From assembly GCA_048270185.1 (NCBI GenBank), contig JBLWTJ010000001.1:1056001-1120000 (forward strand): 64,000 nucleotides of DNA, in the 5' to 3' direction. This document shows positions 49,303 to 58,238 of this stretch, piece after piece. The notes below the pieces were generated by a model. It saw nothing but the letters and a program-made list of their open reading frames with translations, did not search any database and was not told where the DNA came from. The translations under genes and the position numbers were made by a program. The stretch is from Bacteriovoracaceae bacterium (GTDB lineage Bacteria; Bdellovibrionota; Bacteriovoracia; Bacteriovoracales; Bacteriovoracaceae). Position 1 is the first letter of the stretch; each line of letters begins with the position of its first letter.

Positions 49303-50130
49303 ATGGAAGAACAAACACATACAAGTAAATTTACTGTAACAGCAAAGGCCCATACAGATATGAGCGCGGTGGATTTACTTGCCAGCAAGTGTGACCTTTC
49401 AAAAATAAAAATAAAGAACTTGATGAAACAAGGGGCCTGTTGGACAAAGAGCGAGAAGCCAGAACGAATCCGCAAGGCCAAGTATGAAGTCAAACGCGGC
49501 AAGACAATCAAGCTCTATGTTGACCCAAATATTAAAGACTTTGATATGACACAAGTAAAGTGTCTCCATGAAACACACCACTATGGTGTTTACTTTAAAC
49601 CTGCAGGCCTACTATGTCAGGGTACAAAGTATGGTGATGGCTTTACTATTCTTAGAGAAATTCATAAGCGTATGGGGAAAGAGCCATTTCTTATTCACCG
49701 CCTCGATAAGGAGACGGCCGGAGTAATGATGATCGCCTATACGAAGAAAGCTGCTCGTGCCTTCTCTCAGCAAATTAAAGATCATAAAATAGAAAAGACA
49801 TATCAAGCAGAAGTTAAAGGGTTCCCACCTGAAACAGGAAAGCTTGAAAGTGTTATCGAAGGCAAAGACGCAATTCTCGAATACACAGTGAAGAAGAAAT
49901 TAGAGAAGTCTTCTCTTGTTGAAATAAAATTGATCACAGGGCGCAAACACCAAATCAGAATTCAATTTACTGAACTTGGATTTCCAGTCATGGGTGATCC
50001 TCGCTACGGAAAAGGAAACGGAAACGACACAGGTCTGGCCCTTGTTGCAAGTAAGCTTAGCTTTGATGATCCATGGAGAAGTGGAAATTTTGTGACGATT
50101 GAAGCGCCTGAGGAGAATAGACTCTTCTAG
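49303..50130 (+). CDS. RluA-family RNA pseudouridine synthase
   Basis: KPAG, HRLDKETAG, TGRKHQIR, GDPRYG. Confidence 0.93.
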   Translation: MEEQTHTSKFTVTAKAHTDMSAVDLLASKCDLSKIKIKNLMKQGACWTKSEKPERIRKAKYEVKRGKTIKLYVDPNIKDFDMTQVKCLHETHHYGVYFKPAGLLCQGTKYGDGFTILREIHKRMGKEPFLIHRLDKETAGVMMIAYTKKAARAFSQQIKDHKIEKTYQAEVKGFPPETGKLESVIEGKDAILEYTVKKKLEKSSLVEIKLITGRKHQIRIQFTELGFPVMGDPRYGKGNGNDTGLALVASKLSFDDPWRSGNFVTIEAPEENRLF

Positions 50131-50131
50131 T

Positions 50132-50323
50132 CTATTTGCTCTTTTTCAATTCTGATAAGTCCTTAAGATTAATATTCTTAACCTTAATATCTAATTCTTG
50201 AGCGATACGCTGTTTAAGCATTTCATTCTTATAATCATTGATCGGATTCTTACTGCGACGATTGATCGGGAATAAGTATTGATCTTTCTCAAAAAATGCA
50301 ATGTCGATTCTTCCTGCTTTCAT
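50132..50323 (-). CDS. Small hypothetical protein
   Basis: 63-aa ORF filling intergenic space; no motif. Confidence 0.4.
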   Translation of the reverse strand: MKAGRIDIAFFEKDQYLFPINRRSKNPINDYKNEMLKQRIAQELDIKVKNINLKDLSELKKSK

Positions 50324-50409
50324 AAAGCCGAATCTAACATAGAATGAGATAAGTTACATCTTTTTCTTAAGTTATTAACATTAAGTTCACTTACATCAAT
50401 AAGAGTCAA

Positions 50410-50955
50410 TTACTGAACATTAAATTCTAAATCAACTTTATCGTGAATAACCTTGTCTGCAAGCGTTCCAACAATTGTTGAACGATACATAATACCAAAT
50501 TTAGTGCGATCAAAACTAACCTTGCCTTGCGCAATTTTGCCGTCGTATGTCATATCAAATTCGAGAGGTCGCTTGGTATTCTTAATTTTAAAATTGGCCC
50601 TAACGCGATACTTCCCCTGATCGATCTTCTTAATGCTCGTCGTCTCCATTGTGGCATTAGGATATTTTTCAATCTCAAAGAAATCCCCCTGGCGTAAGTG
50701 GTTTTGTAATTTATCCTTCCACTCACCTTCAAGATCACGCACATCAATTGTATCCATATTAACAACGAAACTAGCTCTGATGGGCTCACCACTATCATTT
50801 ACTTCAATATTACCCTTGGCAAATTTCACATGTCCCCAATGCTCGCCTCCAACCTTAGAAGCGTGCCATTTCACATAACTCTTTTGAGTATCGACATCTT
50901 TTGCAAAAGCAAGAATTGAAAGTAATATACAAAAACTAATAAGCAAGAACTTCAT
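50410..50955 (-). CDS. YceI-family periplasmic protein
   Basis: Signal peptide, S.V.W..K, H.G, L..HL...DFF..EKYP, FDRTKFGI.Y. Confidence 0.9.
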   Translation of the reverse strand: MKFLLISFCILLSILAFAKDVDTQKSYVKWHASKVGGEHWGHVKFAKGNIEVNDSGEPIRASFVVNMDTIDVRDLEGEWKDKLQNHLRQGDFFEIEKYPNATMETTSIKKIDQGKYRVRANFKIKNTKRPLEFDMTYDGKIAQGKVSFDRTKFGIMYRSTIVGTLADKVIHDKVDLEFNVQ

Positions 50956-51034
50956 CGCTACCTCTTAGATAAATTCAGCATTTATTCTAAGAGGGAATAG
51001 AGTTTTAACGTATTAAAAGTTTTCTTAAAAATGT

Positions 51035-52054
51035 TTAAACAGGAAGTAAGAAAGCTTTTGAGATATCTAAGTTCATACAAACTTGAGATTCAATTTTGAT
51101 ATCATCACTGTCAAGGACTTGAACTCGTAATAATTTACCATTTGTTGAAAGCACTTCTAAGATATCATATTCACCATTTTTAACGATATTCTTAACTCGC
51201 CCCTTAATGGTTCCATTCTTATCCAGAAGCAAGTACTTTGGCCTAAAGGCAAGATAAGCAAATTGACTCTTACTAGTCAGACTATCTTCGACTTCAAATT
51301 GCCCCAGATCATTCTTGATTATAACTTTGCCATCACGACGATCTGATAATGGCCCTGCCACAAGATTAATAAGGCCACCAAATCTAGCTGCATCAATAGA
51401 AACTGGCTTCTGATAGAAATCAATCGGCTTAGAGTATACTTGTAACTTAGCGCCGCTTAGGTACATGATACGATCACTCAAAGAGTACGCTTCCCTTAGA
51501 TTGTGAGTGATAAAGATGAGTGAAATCTGATGTTCTTTAAAGATTTCAAAAATCTCCTGACACAATGTCGCCTTTAAGAATTCATCTATATTTGAAAATG
51601 GTTCATCTAATAATAAGACATCTGGACCGACAACCATTGAACGAGCAAATAAAAGGCGTTGGAGTTGCCCTGCCGATAATTGATCAAGCTTCTTATGGTC
51701 CTTATATTCAAGACCAAAAATTTCAATCATATCTCTGACACGATTCGTATCAGCTTGAGGATTATAGGCCAAAAGATGATCTTCAATATTCTCAAAGACA
51801 GTTTTTTCCCAATTAAGATTTGAGATACCTGAAACCATTTCAATTATTAAATTAGAATCTTTAACAACTTCACCTGAAAGAGGCTTTAGCTCACCTTTTA
51901 AAATATTAAAAAGAGTTGTCTTTCCTGTCCCCGAAGGGCCCAGTAGAGTAAGGACCTCGCCTTTATTTAATGAAAACGAAATATCATCAAATTGGCAGAT
52001 AGACTTCTGATCAAAATTATATGTTAGGTTTTTAACTTCAATTAAGCTCACCAC
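51035..52054 (-). CDS. ABC importer ATPase with TOBE-like C-terminus (FbpC/PotA-like)
   Basis: GPSGTGKTT, LSAGQLQR, LLLDEPFS, ITH. Confidence 0.88.
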   Translation of the reverse strand: MVSLIEVKNLTYNFDQKSICQFDDISFSLNKGEVLTLLGPSGTGKTTLFNILKGELKPLSGEVVKDSNLIIEMVSGISNLNWEKTVFENIEDHLLAYNPQADTNRVRDMIEIFGLEYKDHKKLDQLSAGQLQRLLFARSMVVGPDVLLLDEPFSNIDEFLKATLCQEIFEIFKEHQISLIFITHNLREAYSLSDRIMYLSGAKLQVYSKPIDFYQKPVSIDAARFGGLINLVAGPLSDRRDGKVIIKNDLGQFEVEDSLTSKSQFAYLAFRPKYLLLDKNGTIKGRVKNIVKNGEYDILEVLSTNGKLLRVQVLDSDDIKIESQVCMNLDISKAFLLPV

Positions 52055-52179
52055 ACTAGCCTCTCCTATCCTCCATCATCTGTAAATAGATCTCAACACC
52101 TAATCTTAAGAAATCTTTAGTCCGTATTTCTCATAATATTACCGAAAGCTTAATTAAGAGTTATTCACATGGAGAAAGA

Positions 52180-52659
52180 ATGAGCTTTGACAAAGAATTA
52201 ATTAGTGAATCGTTTTATCGAATTGAGCCAAATCTCGATAATTTCTTTCGGGCCTTCTTTGATAATGTCTTCATTCTCGATCCAGACATGGTAAAGCTCT
52301 TTCGTCATCTTGACCTCAATGAGTTGAGACCTAGGCTCATTAGGGCCTTAACAATTGCAGTAAATAATATGAAAAATCCAGAGTATTTAAAGATTTACTT
52401 ACAAAGCTTAGGTGAGAGACAAACGCAACACGATATTACAGAAACATGTTTTCCTGTTTTTGAAGAAGCATTAATTCAAACGCTTATGCTCTTTCATATG
52501 AATAGTTGGAATCCCAAACTAGAGAGTTCATGGAGAGATTTCTTCTACTATGCATTTGAACATATTTCAGATGGAATGACTGATGCCACCCTTCGACGTG
52601 AGTTCGAGGAATTTATCGATAAGAAAGAGAAAGTTGATTTCTACAAAAAAGCAGCTTAA
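52180..52659 (+). CDS. Single-domain globin-like protein
   Basis: SF...F...FF..F..P...LF, LGER, F....EAL..L, W....W globin pattern. Confidence 0.78.
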   Translation: MSFDKELISESFYRIEPNLDNFFRAFFDNVFILDPDMVKLFRHLDLNELRPRLIRALTIAVNNMKNPEYLKIYLQSLGERQTQHDITETCFPVFEEALIQTLMLFHMNSWNPKLESSWRDFFYYAFEHISDGMTDATLRREFEEFIDKKEKVDFYKKAA

Positions 52660-53549
52660 TTTATTTTCTTATAATTCTTAAATTCACCAGGAAGATACCC
52701 TGTCATCTCTTCTATTTTTAGTCTTAGATAATTTCTAAAATTAGCAAGTATTCGATCGTCATTTAATTGATCAAATGTAACATCATTATGATTGGCCTCA
52801 ATCCAATTCTTTAAAAGAGCAGGATGTGTTCCCTTAAATTCTCTCAGCCCAAAAACACGGTCGTATTTGTAGTCTTCAACCACATGATCCTTTCCATGAT
52901 AGAGCTTTTCAAAGGCTTTTTTCTTGTCAGACATGACTGTTTCCTTACGGGCCCAACCATAGTGAAAAATACGAGCACCTGTTAGAATTGAATTTGGCTT
53001 TCGTCCATCTTTAAAACGAAATCCTTGTGCATCGAGGTGACTCTCTAGTCCAATGCCTAACTTGATCGTTCGAACTTCCTTGCGATAAGCATTAGGGGCA
53101 AATTTATAGAGATCAGTATTTCCAAAGAAGTGCGTGTATTCAAAAAGTAGTCCTTCAATCTCTTTTCGATCAAGCATCTTCTTCATTCCTGCTTCAATCA
53201 GACCTAAATCATCTTCGTGAATGGCCTCATCTCCTTGGATGTACTGACCGATTTTCCCCTTACAAGCATTCAGGGCAATATTTGTTTGTTGAGAAAGAAT
53301 GAGACCACGACTCATAATATTTGGATCCCAGTAAGACTTAATAAATTTAAACTTCTCACCAGTTAAATTATCTCTTAGGTACTCATAAGTTCCATCGTCT
53401 TTATTACACTCTTCCATTTCAAAACCAACATTGATGATGACCTCATCACAAAGTGGCTCAATACTTTTAACACTTTCAAGAATTGGATACTCAAGAGAGA
53501 GACCATGCTTGATGAATGAAAAACCAGAAATAAGATTATTACCTATCAT
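52656..53549 (-). CDS. Glycosyltransferase (GT2-like)
   Basis: ISGFSF, ES..SI.PLCDE, DGT, QGDE, HYGW. Confidence 0.8.
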   Translation of the reverse strand: MIGNNLISGFSFIKHGLSLEYPILESVKSIEPLCDEVIINVGFEMEECNKDDGTYEYLRDNLTGEKFKFIKSYWDPNIMSRGLILSQQTNIALNACKGKIGQYIQGDEAIHEDDLGLIEAGMKKMLDRKEIEGLLFEYTHFFGNTDLYKFAPNAYRKEVRTIKLGIGLESHLDAQGFRFKDGRKPNSILTGARIFHYGWARKETVMSDKKKAFEKLYHGKDHVVEDYKYDRVFGLREFKGTHPALLKNWIEANHNDVTFDQLNDDRILANFRNYLRLKIEEMTGYLPGEFKNYKKIN

Positions 53550-53553
53550 TTAT

Positions 53554-53973
53554 TTACCTATTTAGTTGAGATTCAATGAGAAGGAAGTCTTCGCCCTCAC
53601 GCCATTCTTCAGAAACGCTTAATGTTTTTGCGTCATCTGAGAGCTTGAAAGTTAATTCAAAACCATCTTCCTTAGAAAAGATTATTACTTCATTAGAGTG
53701 TATAAGGCCACTAACTTCACCACGGTAAAAAAGCTTTGAATCCTTGATTGTAAAAATTGAATAAGGATACTCGGCATTTAGGCCACTACAGTTATATCCA
53801 CCCTCTTGGATCTTAAACTTATCCTCACTATGGTAGAGTTTGAAGAAAACCTCTTCACATTCAAACTTAGACTTTTGGGTTTTTGCGGCCCCAAGTCCAC
53901 TCCAAGTCCCTGTGAAGTTTGCATGGACAAAGGAAGAAGCTATTAAAAATGACCCAATTAGTAATTTTCTCAT
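53554..53973 (-). CDS. Secreted hypothetical beta-rich protein
   Basis: Signal peptide from ATG 53973 (MRKLLIG...VHA), FTGTWSG, two Cys. Confidence 0.65.
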   Translation of the reverse strand: MRKLLIGSFLIASSFVHANFTGTWSGLGAAKTQKSKFECEEVFFKLYHSEDKFKIQEGGYNCSGLNAEYPYSIFTIKDSKLFYRGEVSGLIHSNEVIIFSKEDGFELTFKLSDDAKTLSVSEEWREGEDFLLIESQLNR

Positions 53974-54040
53974 ACAAAGATTATGCAAAGCTATTCGCCT
54001 ATAGTCAAAAGAGATGGCCTTAGGTATAATTTTTATTGTC

Positions 54041-54382
54041 ATGAAAAATATCATCTTCTTAACTTTATTAGTCGCTTGTTCAAGCTCAAAACTCTACCTC
54101 AATCAAGAACAAGGTAGTCTTTATACAACTGAACAATTAAGAAGAAACCCGAGTGATGGCTTCAAAGTAAAATTAAAAGCTTCAATCTATAAAAAACTTC
54201 CGAATGACTTTTATTTATTAAAAGATAGCAAAGGCCTTATTCTGGCAAAGATTAAGGCAAAGTACCTCTTTGAAGATACTAGCTATAATAGTACGACTCT
54301 CTTTGAAATAATTGGTGAGACCGACAATGAGTCGGCCCACTTTCATATCAAAGTAGAAGGCATCGAGTTTATTAAGGATTAG
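54041..54382 (+). CDS. OB-fold lipoprotein (YgiW/BOF-like)
   Basis: Lipobox LLVA-C; V.L...I......D.Y...D..G.I...I and GE.D. Confidence 0.6.
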   Translation: MKNIIFLTLLVACSSSKLYLNQEQGSLYTTEQLRRNPSDGFKVKLKASIYKKLPNDFYLLKDSKGLILAKIKAKYLFEDTSYNSTTLFEIIGETDNESAHFHIKVEGIEFIKD

Positions 54383-54668
54383 CTCGACAAATATCTGGCC
54401 CATAGCGATTACAGGCGCCGCTACTACTTCTTGAAACACATTGCTCTGTACAAACAGCATCATAGCCACAAAAGTCTTGATTATAGCGGCGGCAAGCTCC
54501 ACTTGAGCTTCGTGATTCGCAATTTAGGACACATCTCCATTCGCGATCTTGAGGAGGCGATCCATCACGAGAGCAATAATAGCGCTCACCATCGATTGTT
54601 ACTGTTACATCAGCGGCCGTTGCTAAGAAGCTTGTGGCCATCATTAGAATAAGGATTAGAGTTTTCAT
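54372..54668 (-). CDS. Small secreted Cys-rich tandem-repeat protein
   Basis: Signal peptide from ATG 54668; two CxxxCxSRSSSGACxRYxxDxC repeats. Confidence 0.7.
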   Translation of the reverse strand: MKTLILILMMATSFLATAADVTVTIDGERYYCSRDGSPPQDREWRCVLNCESRSSSGACRRYNQDFCGYDAVCTEQCVSRSSSGACNRYGPDICRANP

Positions 54669-54778
54669 AAGTAAATTAGACCTTAATCGAGGCAAAATGT
54701 TTAGACGCACCACAAATAAAGTAGTGAATGACAGTTTAAGGATGACATTTTATATTAGGCCAAACAAAAGGAGATACC

Positions 54779-55672
54779 ATGGTTTCAGATATTTTTGATC
54801 CAAGTGCTTGGAAAGAAGTTGAAGGTTTTGACTTCAAAGACATTACTTACCACCGTGCCGTTGACCAAGGGACTGTGCGCATCGCGTTTAATCGTCCAGA
54901 ATGCCGTAATGCATTTAGGCCACAAACTGTTGATGAACTTTACCGCGCTCTTGATCACGCAAGAATGTGGAGTGATGTTGGTGTTGTCCTCATCACAGGT
55001 AACGGGCCTTCTCCAAAAGATGGTGGTTGGGCATTTTGTTCAGGTGGAGATCAAAGAATTCGTGGAAAAGATGGATATAAATATGTTGATGGTGACGGTA
55101 CGCCAGACCCAGCAAAACTAGGAAGACTTCACATCCTTGAGGTTCAACGACTTATTCGCTTTATGCCAAAAGTTGTTGTTGCTGTTGTTCCTGGTTGGGC
55201 AGTTGGTGGCGGGCACTCTCTTCACGTTGTTTGTGATATGACAATCGCTTCAAAAGAGCATGCAATCTTTAAACAAACTGATCCAGACGTTGCTTCTTTT
55301 GATTCGGGTTATGGTTCTGCCTACCTTGCTCGTCAATGTGGACAAAAGCGTGCTCGTGAAATCTTCTTCTGTGGATTCAACTACAGCGCTGAAGAAGCTT
55401 TCCAAATGGGAATGGTCAATAAAGTTGTTCCTCATGCAGATCTTGAAAAAGTTTCTCTTGAATGGGCAAAAGAAATGAATTCAAAATCACCGACAGCAAT
55501 GCGTATGCTTAAGTTTGGGTTCAACCTATTAGATGATGGCCTAGTTGGACAGCAGCTCTTTGCTGGTGAAGCAACAAGACTTGCTTATGGGACACCAGAA
55601 GCTCAAGAAGGTCGTGATGCATTTGTTGAAAAGCGAGAGAAGAACTTCTCAGACTTTCCTTGGCATTACTAA
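54779..55672 (+). CDS. menB: 1,4-dihydroxy-2-naphthoyl-CoA synthase
   Basis: AFCSGGDQR, GGGHSLH, SFDSGYG, GQKRAREIF, EGRDAF.EKR. Confidence 0.96.
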   Translation: MVSDIFDPSAWKEVEGFDFKDITYHRAVDQGTVRIAFNRPECRNAFRPQTVDELYRALDHARMWSDVGVVLITGNGPSPKDGGWAFCSGGDQRIRGKDGYKYVDGDGTPDPAKLGRLHILEVQRLIRFMPKVVVAVVPGWAVGGGHSLHVVCDMTIASKEHAIFKQTDPDVASFDSGYGSAYLARQCGQKRAREIFFCGFNYSAEEAFQMGMVNKVVPHADLEKVSLEWAKEMNSKSPTAMRMLKFGFNLLDDGLVGQQLFAGEATRLAYGTPEAQEGRDAFVEKREKNFSDFPWHY

Positions 55673-55703
55673 AAAGACGGGGGCCTCCATGCCCCCTCGA
55701 TTT
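55671..55703. terminator. GC hairpin between convergent genes (probable terminator)
   Basis: GGGGGC-CTCCAT-GCCCCC preceded by an A tract. Confidence 0.55.
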
Positions 55704-55705
55704 CT

Positions 55706-57832
55706 CTACTTCCATGAGAAAACAATTGATTGGTATTCTTGTGAAAAGTTTAAGGCAACATCAAAACGCCTAATTCCAACTTGAAAATTTCCAGTCTCAT
55801 TATATTTAATTCCTGAATTATTTACTTTTGTTAAATCACTTATGAAAAAATCCTCCATAACAGTTTTGTTACCATTTTCGTCAATACGATACAGATATAC
55901 CTGATACCAGTTCAGTGCAGACTCGTCACAGTTATCACGATATTCTTTTGTTCGAAAGATTGGTAGTTTGCCATCAAAAAGGGGGCGATAATCAACAGAA
56001 GAAATTTCAGGAACAGGTGGAGCAGTAAAATCGAAGTAGAATTTCTTTGATTTAACTATTGAAGACAGCCTCTTTTTCTTATCAATAGCTTGTAGATAAA
56101 TTTGAATGTCACTACATTCAACATAGCCTAGATTAATCAACTCCCTTCCGTACACCCTCACTTCCTCGACTCCCTTTGGTAGAGGCTGCCACTCAACTTG
56201 TATTAGACTTTCTTTTGAATAAATTCCGTACTGAAGGTAATCGATTTGATTATCTTTTGGATATTCCCAATAAAGCCTGACGCTATTATCAAGAGAGCCA
56301 CGAAATGGTGTTGCTGACTCAAATGAAACTCTAAGAGGATGTTGAATGAATAAATCAAAATTGACTCGCACAATTGACTTGATCCCTTCCCTGCCTGAAA
56401 AAATATCACTTTCAGAAACTTCAAAATTATTAATGCCGTAATATTGGTTTGTCATAAGATCCAACTGAAACTTTCCATTGATACAATCAACGATGTAACT
56501 GGTTCCAAGACGCACATTCAAAATATTTACAACAGCATTTTTGAAACATCGTCCATTTAAAGAGAAGTCAAATTCTGATACATAGTAATTATTTTTTATA
56601 ACACTAACACCTGAATCTGGAACATATTCGAATGATGTTTTAAAAATGAGTCCATCATAGGATACATATTCATTAATACATTCCGCAAAGACTTCCCTAC
56701 TCTCTCCTAAATCGAATTCATCAGAACTAATAAAAAACTTGCCATCAGCATCAACTGAGGCGACATCTTTTTCGATGAGAATATTTTGTTTATCACTTGT
56801 AAATAATCGCACGGCCGATTCTCCATACATCCGTCCACAAGTTCCGCTGATGACAACTTGATCTTTTTCACTCGAAAAATACTGTCCAATTGGAGAGAAG
56901 AATTTTGCATTCTTCTGTACCCGTTTTTTATAGTAATAAAAATAGCTAACATTTGAGGAGTAGCCTTTTTTCAAACCTTGAACTGGAAGATGATATAAAG
57001 GTCCTTGCAAACTCTCTTCTAATTTAAAGTTATACTCAAAGCGATCATTTTTACATGGGACTATTTTCCCTGCCACACTTACATTAGTATATGATTTACA
57101 ATTTCCTGTTAAAGATAAGTATCCATCAGTAGTTCCACTAATTTTTTCATCTATAAAGATAGAGTGATTTTCTTCACGATAATGATATATTTTCATAATG
57201 AACTCTGAACTATTTCCATAGGAGTCCACTTGATTAAGAGCAAAGAGCAGGCGTGCTCTTTTGGCATATATATTCTTTAGGTATAGAGGAGTAAAAAATA
57301 TCCCATGAGAGCATTTTACCGTTTTAATTAAGTCATCAATATAAAAACTTCGAATATTAACTAAGGATTTGTGTTCGCACTTACCACTAAAGTAAAGGGT
57401 CTTACCGTTTAAATAACCAGGTAAAGGAGTATCAACAATGACAGGTGCAGGCTTTTTAGTATCAACATGAGAAAAAATCATTCTCTTACTTCGTTTTCCC
57501 TGACTAACTGTAAACTCCTGTCGACCTTCAATTTCTTCTTTAAAACGCACACTGATTTCAAATCGATCATTAGTGCAGTCTGTTGAAAGCTTTTGATTAT
57601 TAGCTAGGTTAGAACCAGAAAGGTAAATATTCTGATCACCTACACAATTGCCTGTAATCTGAACTTCTTTAAGATTAGGAGTTAGCGTAAGTAATCTGGC
57701 GTCGAACTTTTCATTCGTCATAGCTCCTTTTTCATAAAAGTCTTCGATTGAACTAATGCTACGCCCCTGCTGGTTACAGGACCAAGTTGTACTAACGAGA
57801 AAAATAAGAATAAGAAAATTTAAAAGGCCCAT
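55706..57832 (-). CDS. Lipoprotein with tandem Cys-paired Ig-like repeats and FN3-like C-terminus
   Basis: Lipobox TWS-C; five (I/L/F)(S/T/N)GxC units; DFTAPP linker. Confidence 0.7.
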   Translation of the reverse strand: MGLLNFLILIFLVSTTWSCNQQGRSISSIEDFYEKGAMTNEKFDARLLTLTPNLKEVQITGNCVGDQNIYLSGSNLANNQKLSTDCTNDRFEISVRFKEEIEGRQEFTVSQGKRSKRMIFSHVDTKKPAPVIVDTPLPGYLNGKTLYFSGKCEHKSLVNIRSFYIDDLIKTVKCSHGIFFTPLYLKNIYAKRARLLFALNQVDSYGNSSEFIMKIYHYREENHSIFIDEKISGTTDGYLSLTGNCKSYTNVSVAGKIVPCKNDRFEYNFKLEESLQGPLYHLPVQGLKKGYSSNVSYFYYYKKRVQKNAKFFSPIGQYFSSEKDQVVISGTCGRMYGESAVRLFTSDKQNILIEKDVASVDADGKFFISSDEFDLGESREVFAECINEYVSYDGLIFKTSFEYVPDSGVSVIKNNYYVSEFDFSLNGRCFKNAVVNILNVRLGTSYIVDCINGKFQLDLMTNQYYGINNFEVSESDIFSGREGIKSIVRVNFDLFIQHPLRVSFESATPFRGSLDNSVRLYWEYPKDNQIDYLQYGIYSKESLIQVEWQPLPKGVEEVRVYGRELINLGYVECSDIQIYLQAIDKKKRLSSIVKSKKFYFDFTAPPVPEISSVDYRPLFDGKLPIFRTKEYRDNCDESALNWYQVYLYRIDENGNKTVMEDFFISDLTKVNNSGIKYNETGNFQVGIRRFDVALNFSQEYQSIVFSWK

Positions 57833-57884
57833 ACAAACCTATCGGCCAGGGCCTTTAGGTTTGTAAGTTAATAAAGTTTAAGAA

Positions 57885-58238
57885 TTAAAATTGATTAAAA
57901 ATCGCTGTTAAAATTAAAAGAAGAATGAGATTCCCAACGAAAACCGCATCTCTTAAACTCATTGTGAGGTTTAAGGCTTTTACAATATCACTCTTAGATG
58001 GAGATCTTCCCATCGATAACTGAAGTTGCCTAAAGAGCTTTCCTTCTACACTTCTTTTAAAATGAGCATCCTTAAAGAAAGCAACTCTAAGGCCTATTAT
58101 TAAGCAAACAAAGTATAGCCATAGATTAGAAATCCCCAGATCACTTGCAAACGAATATATCAGAAGCATTGGAAGCTGTACCATTAACAAATAGACTAAG
58201 ATTGTCGCAGTATTATTCTTTATTCCTATAGCAAACAC
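57885..58238 (-). CDS. Membrane hypothetical protein
   Basis: Three hydrophobic segments; overlaps the pepD stop by 1 nt. Confidence 0.6.
   Translation of the reverse strand: MFAIGIKNNTATILVYLLMVQLPMLLIYSFASDLGISNLWLYFVCLIIGLRVAFFKDAHFKRSVEGKLFRQLQLSMGRSPSKSDIVKALNLTMSLRDAVFVGNLILLLILTAIFNQF

Noticed and set aside
51035..52054. ABC ATPase without adjacent permease
   Set aside because: Split ABC loci are common; nothing else unusual seen
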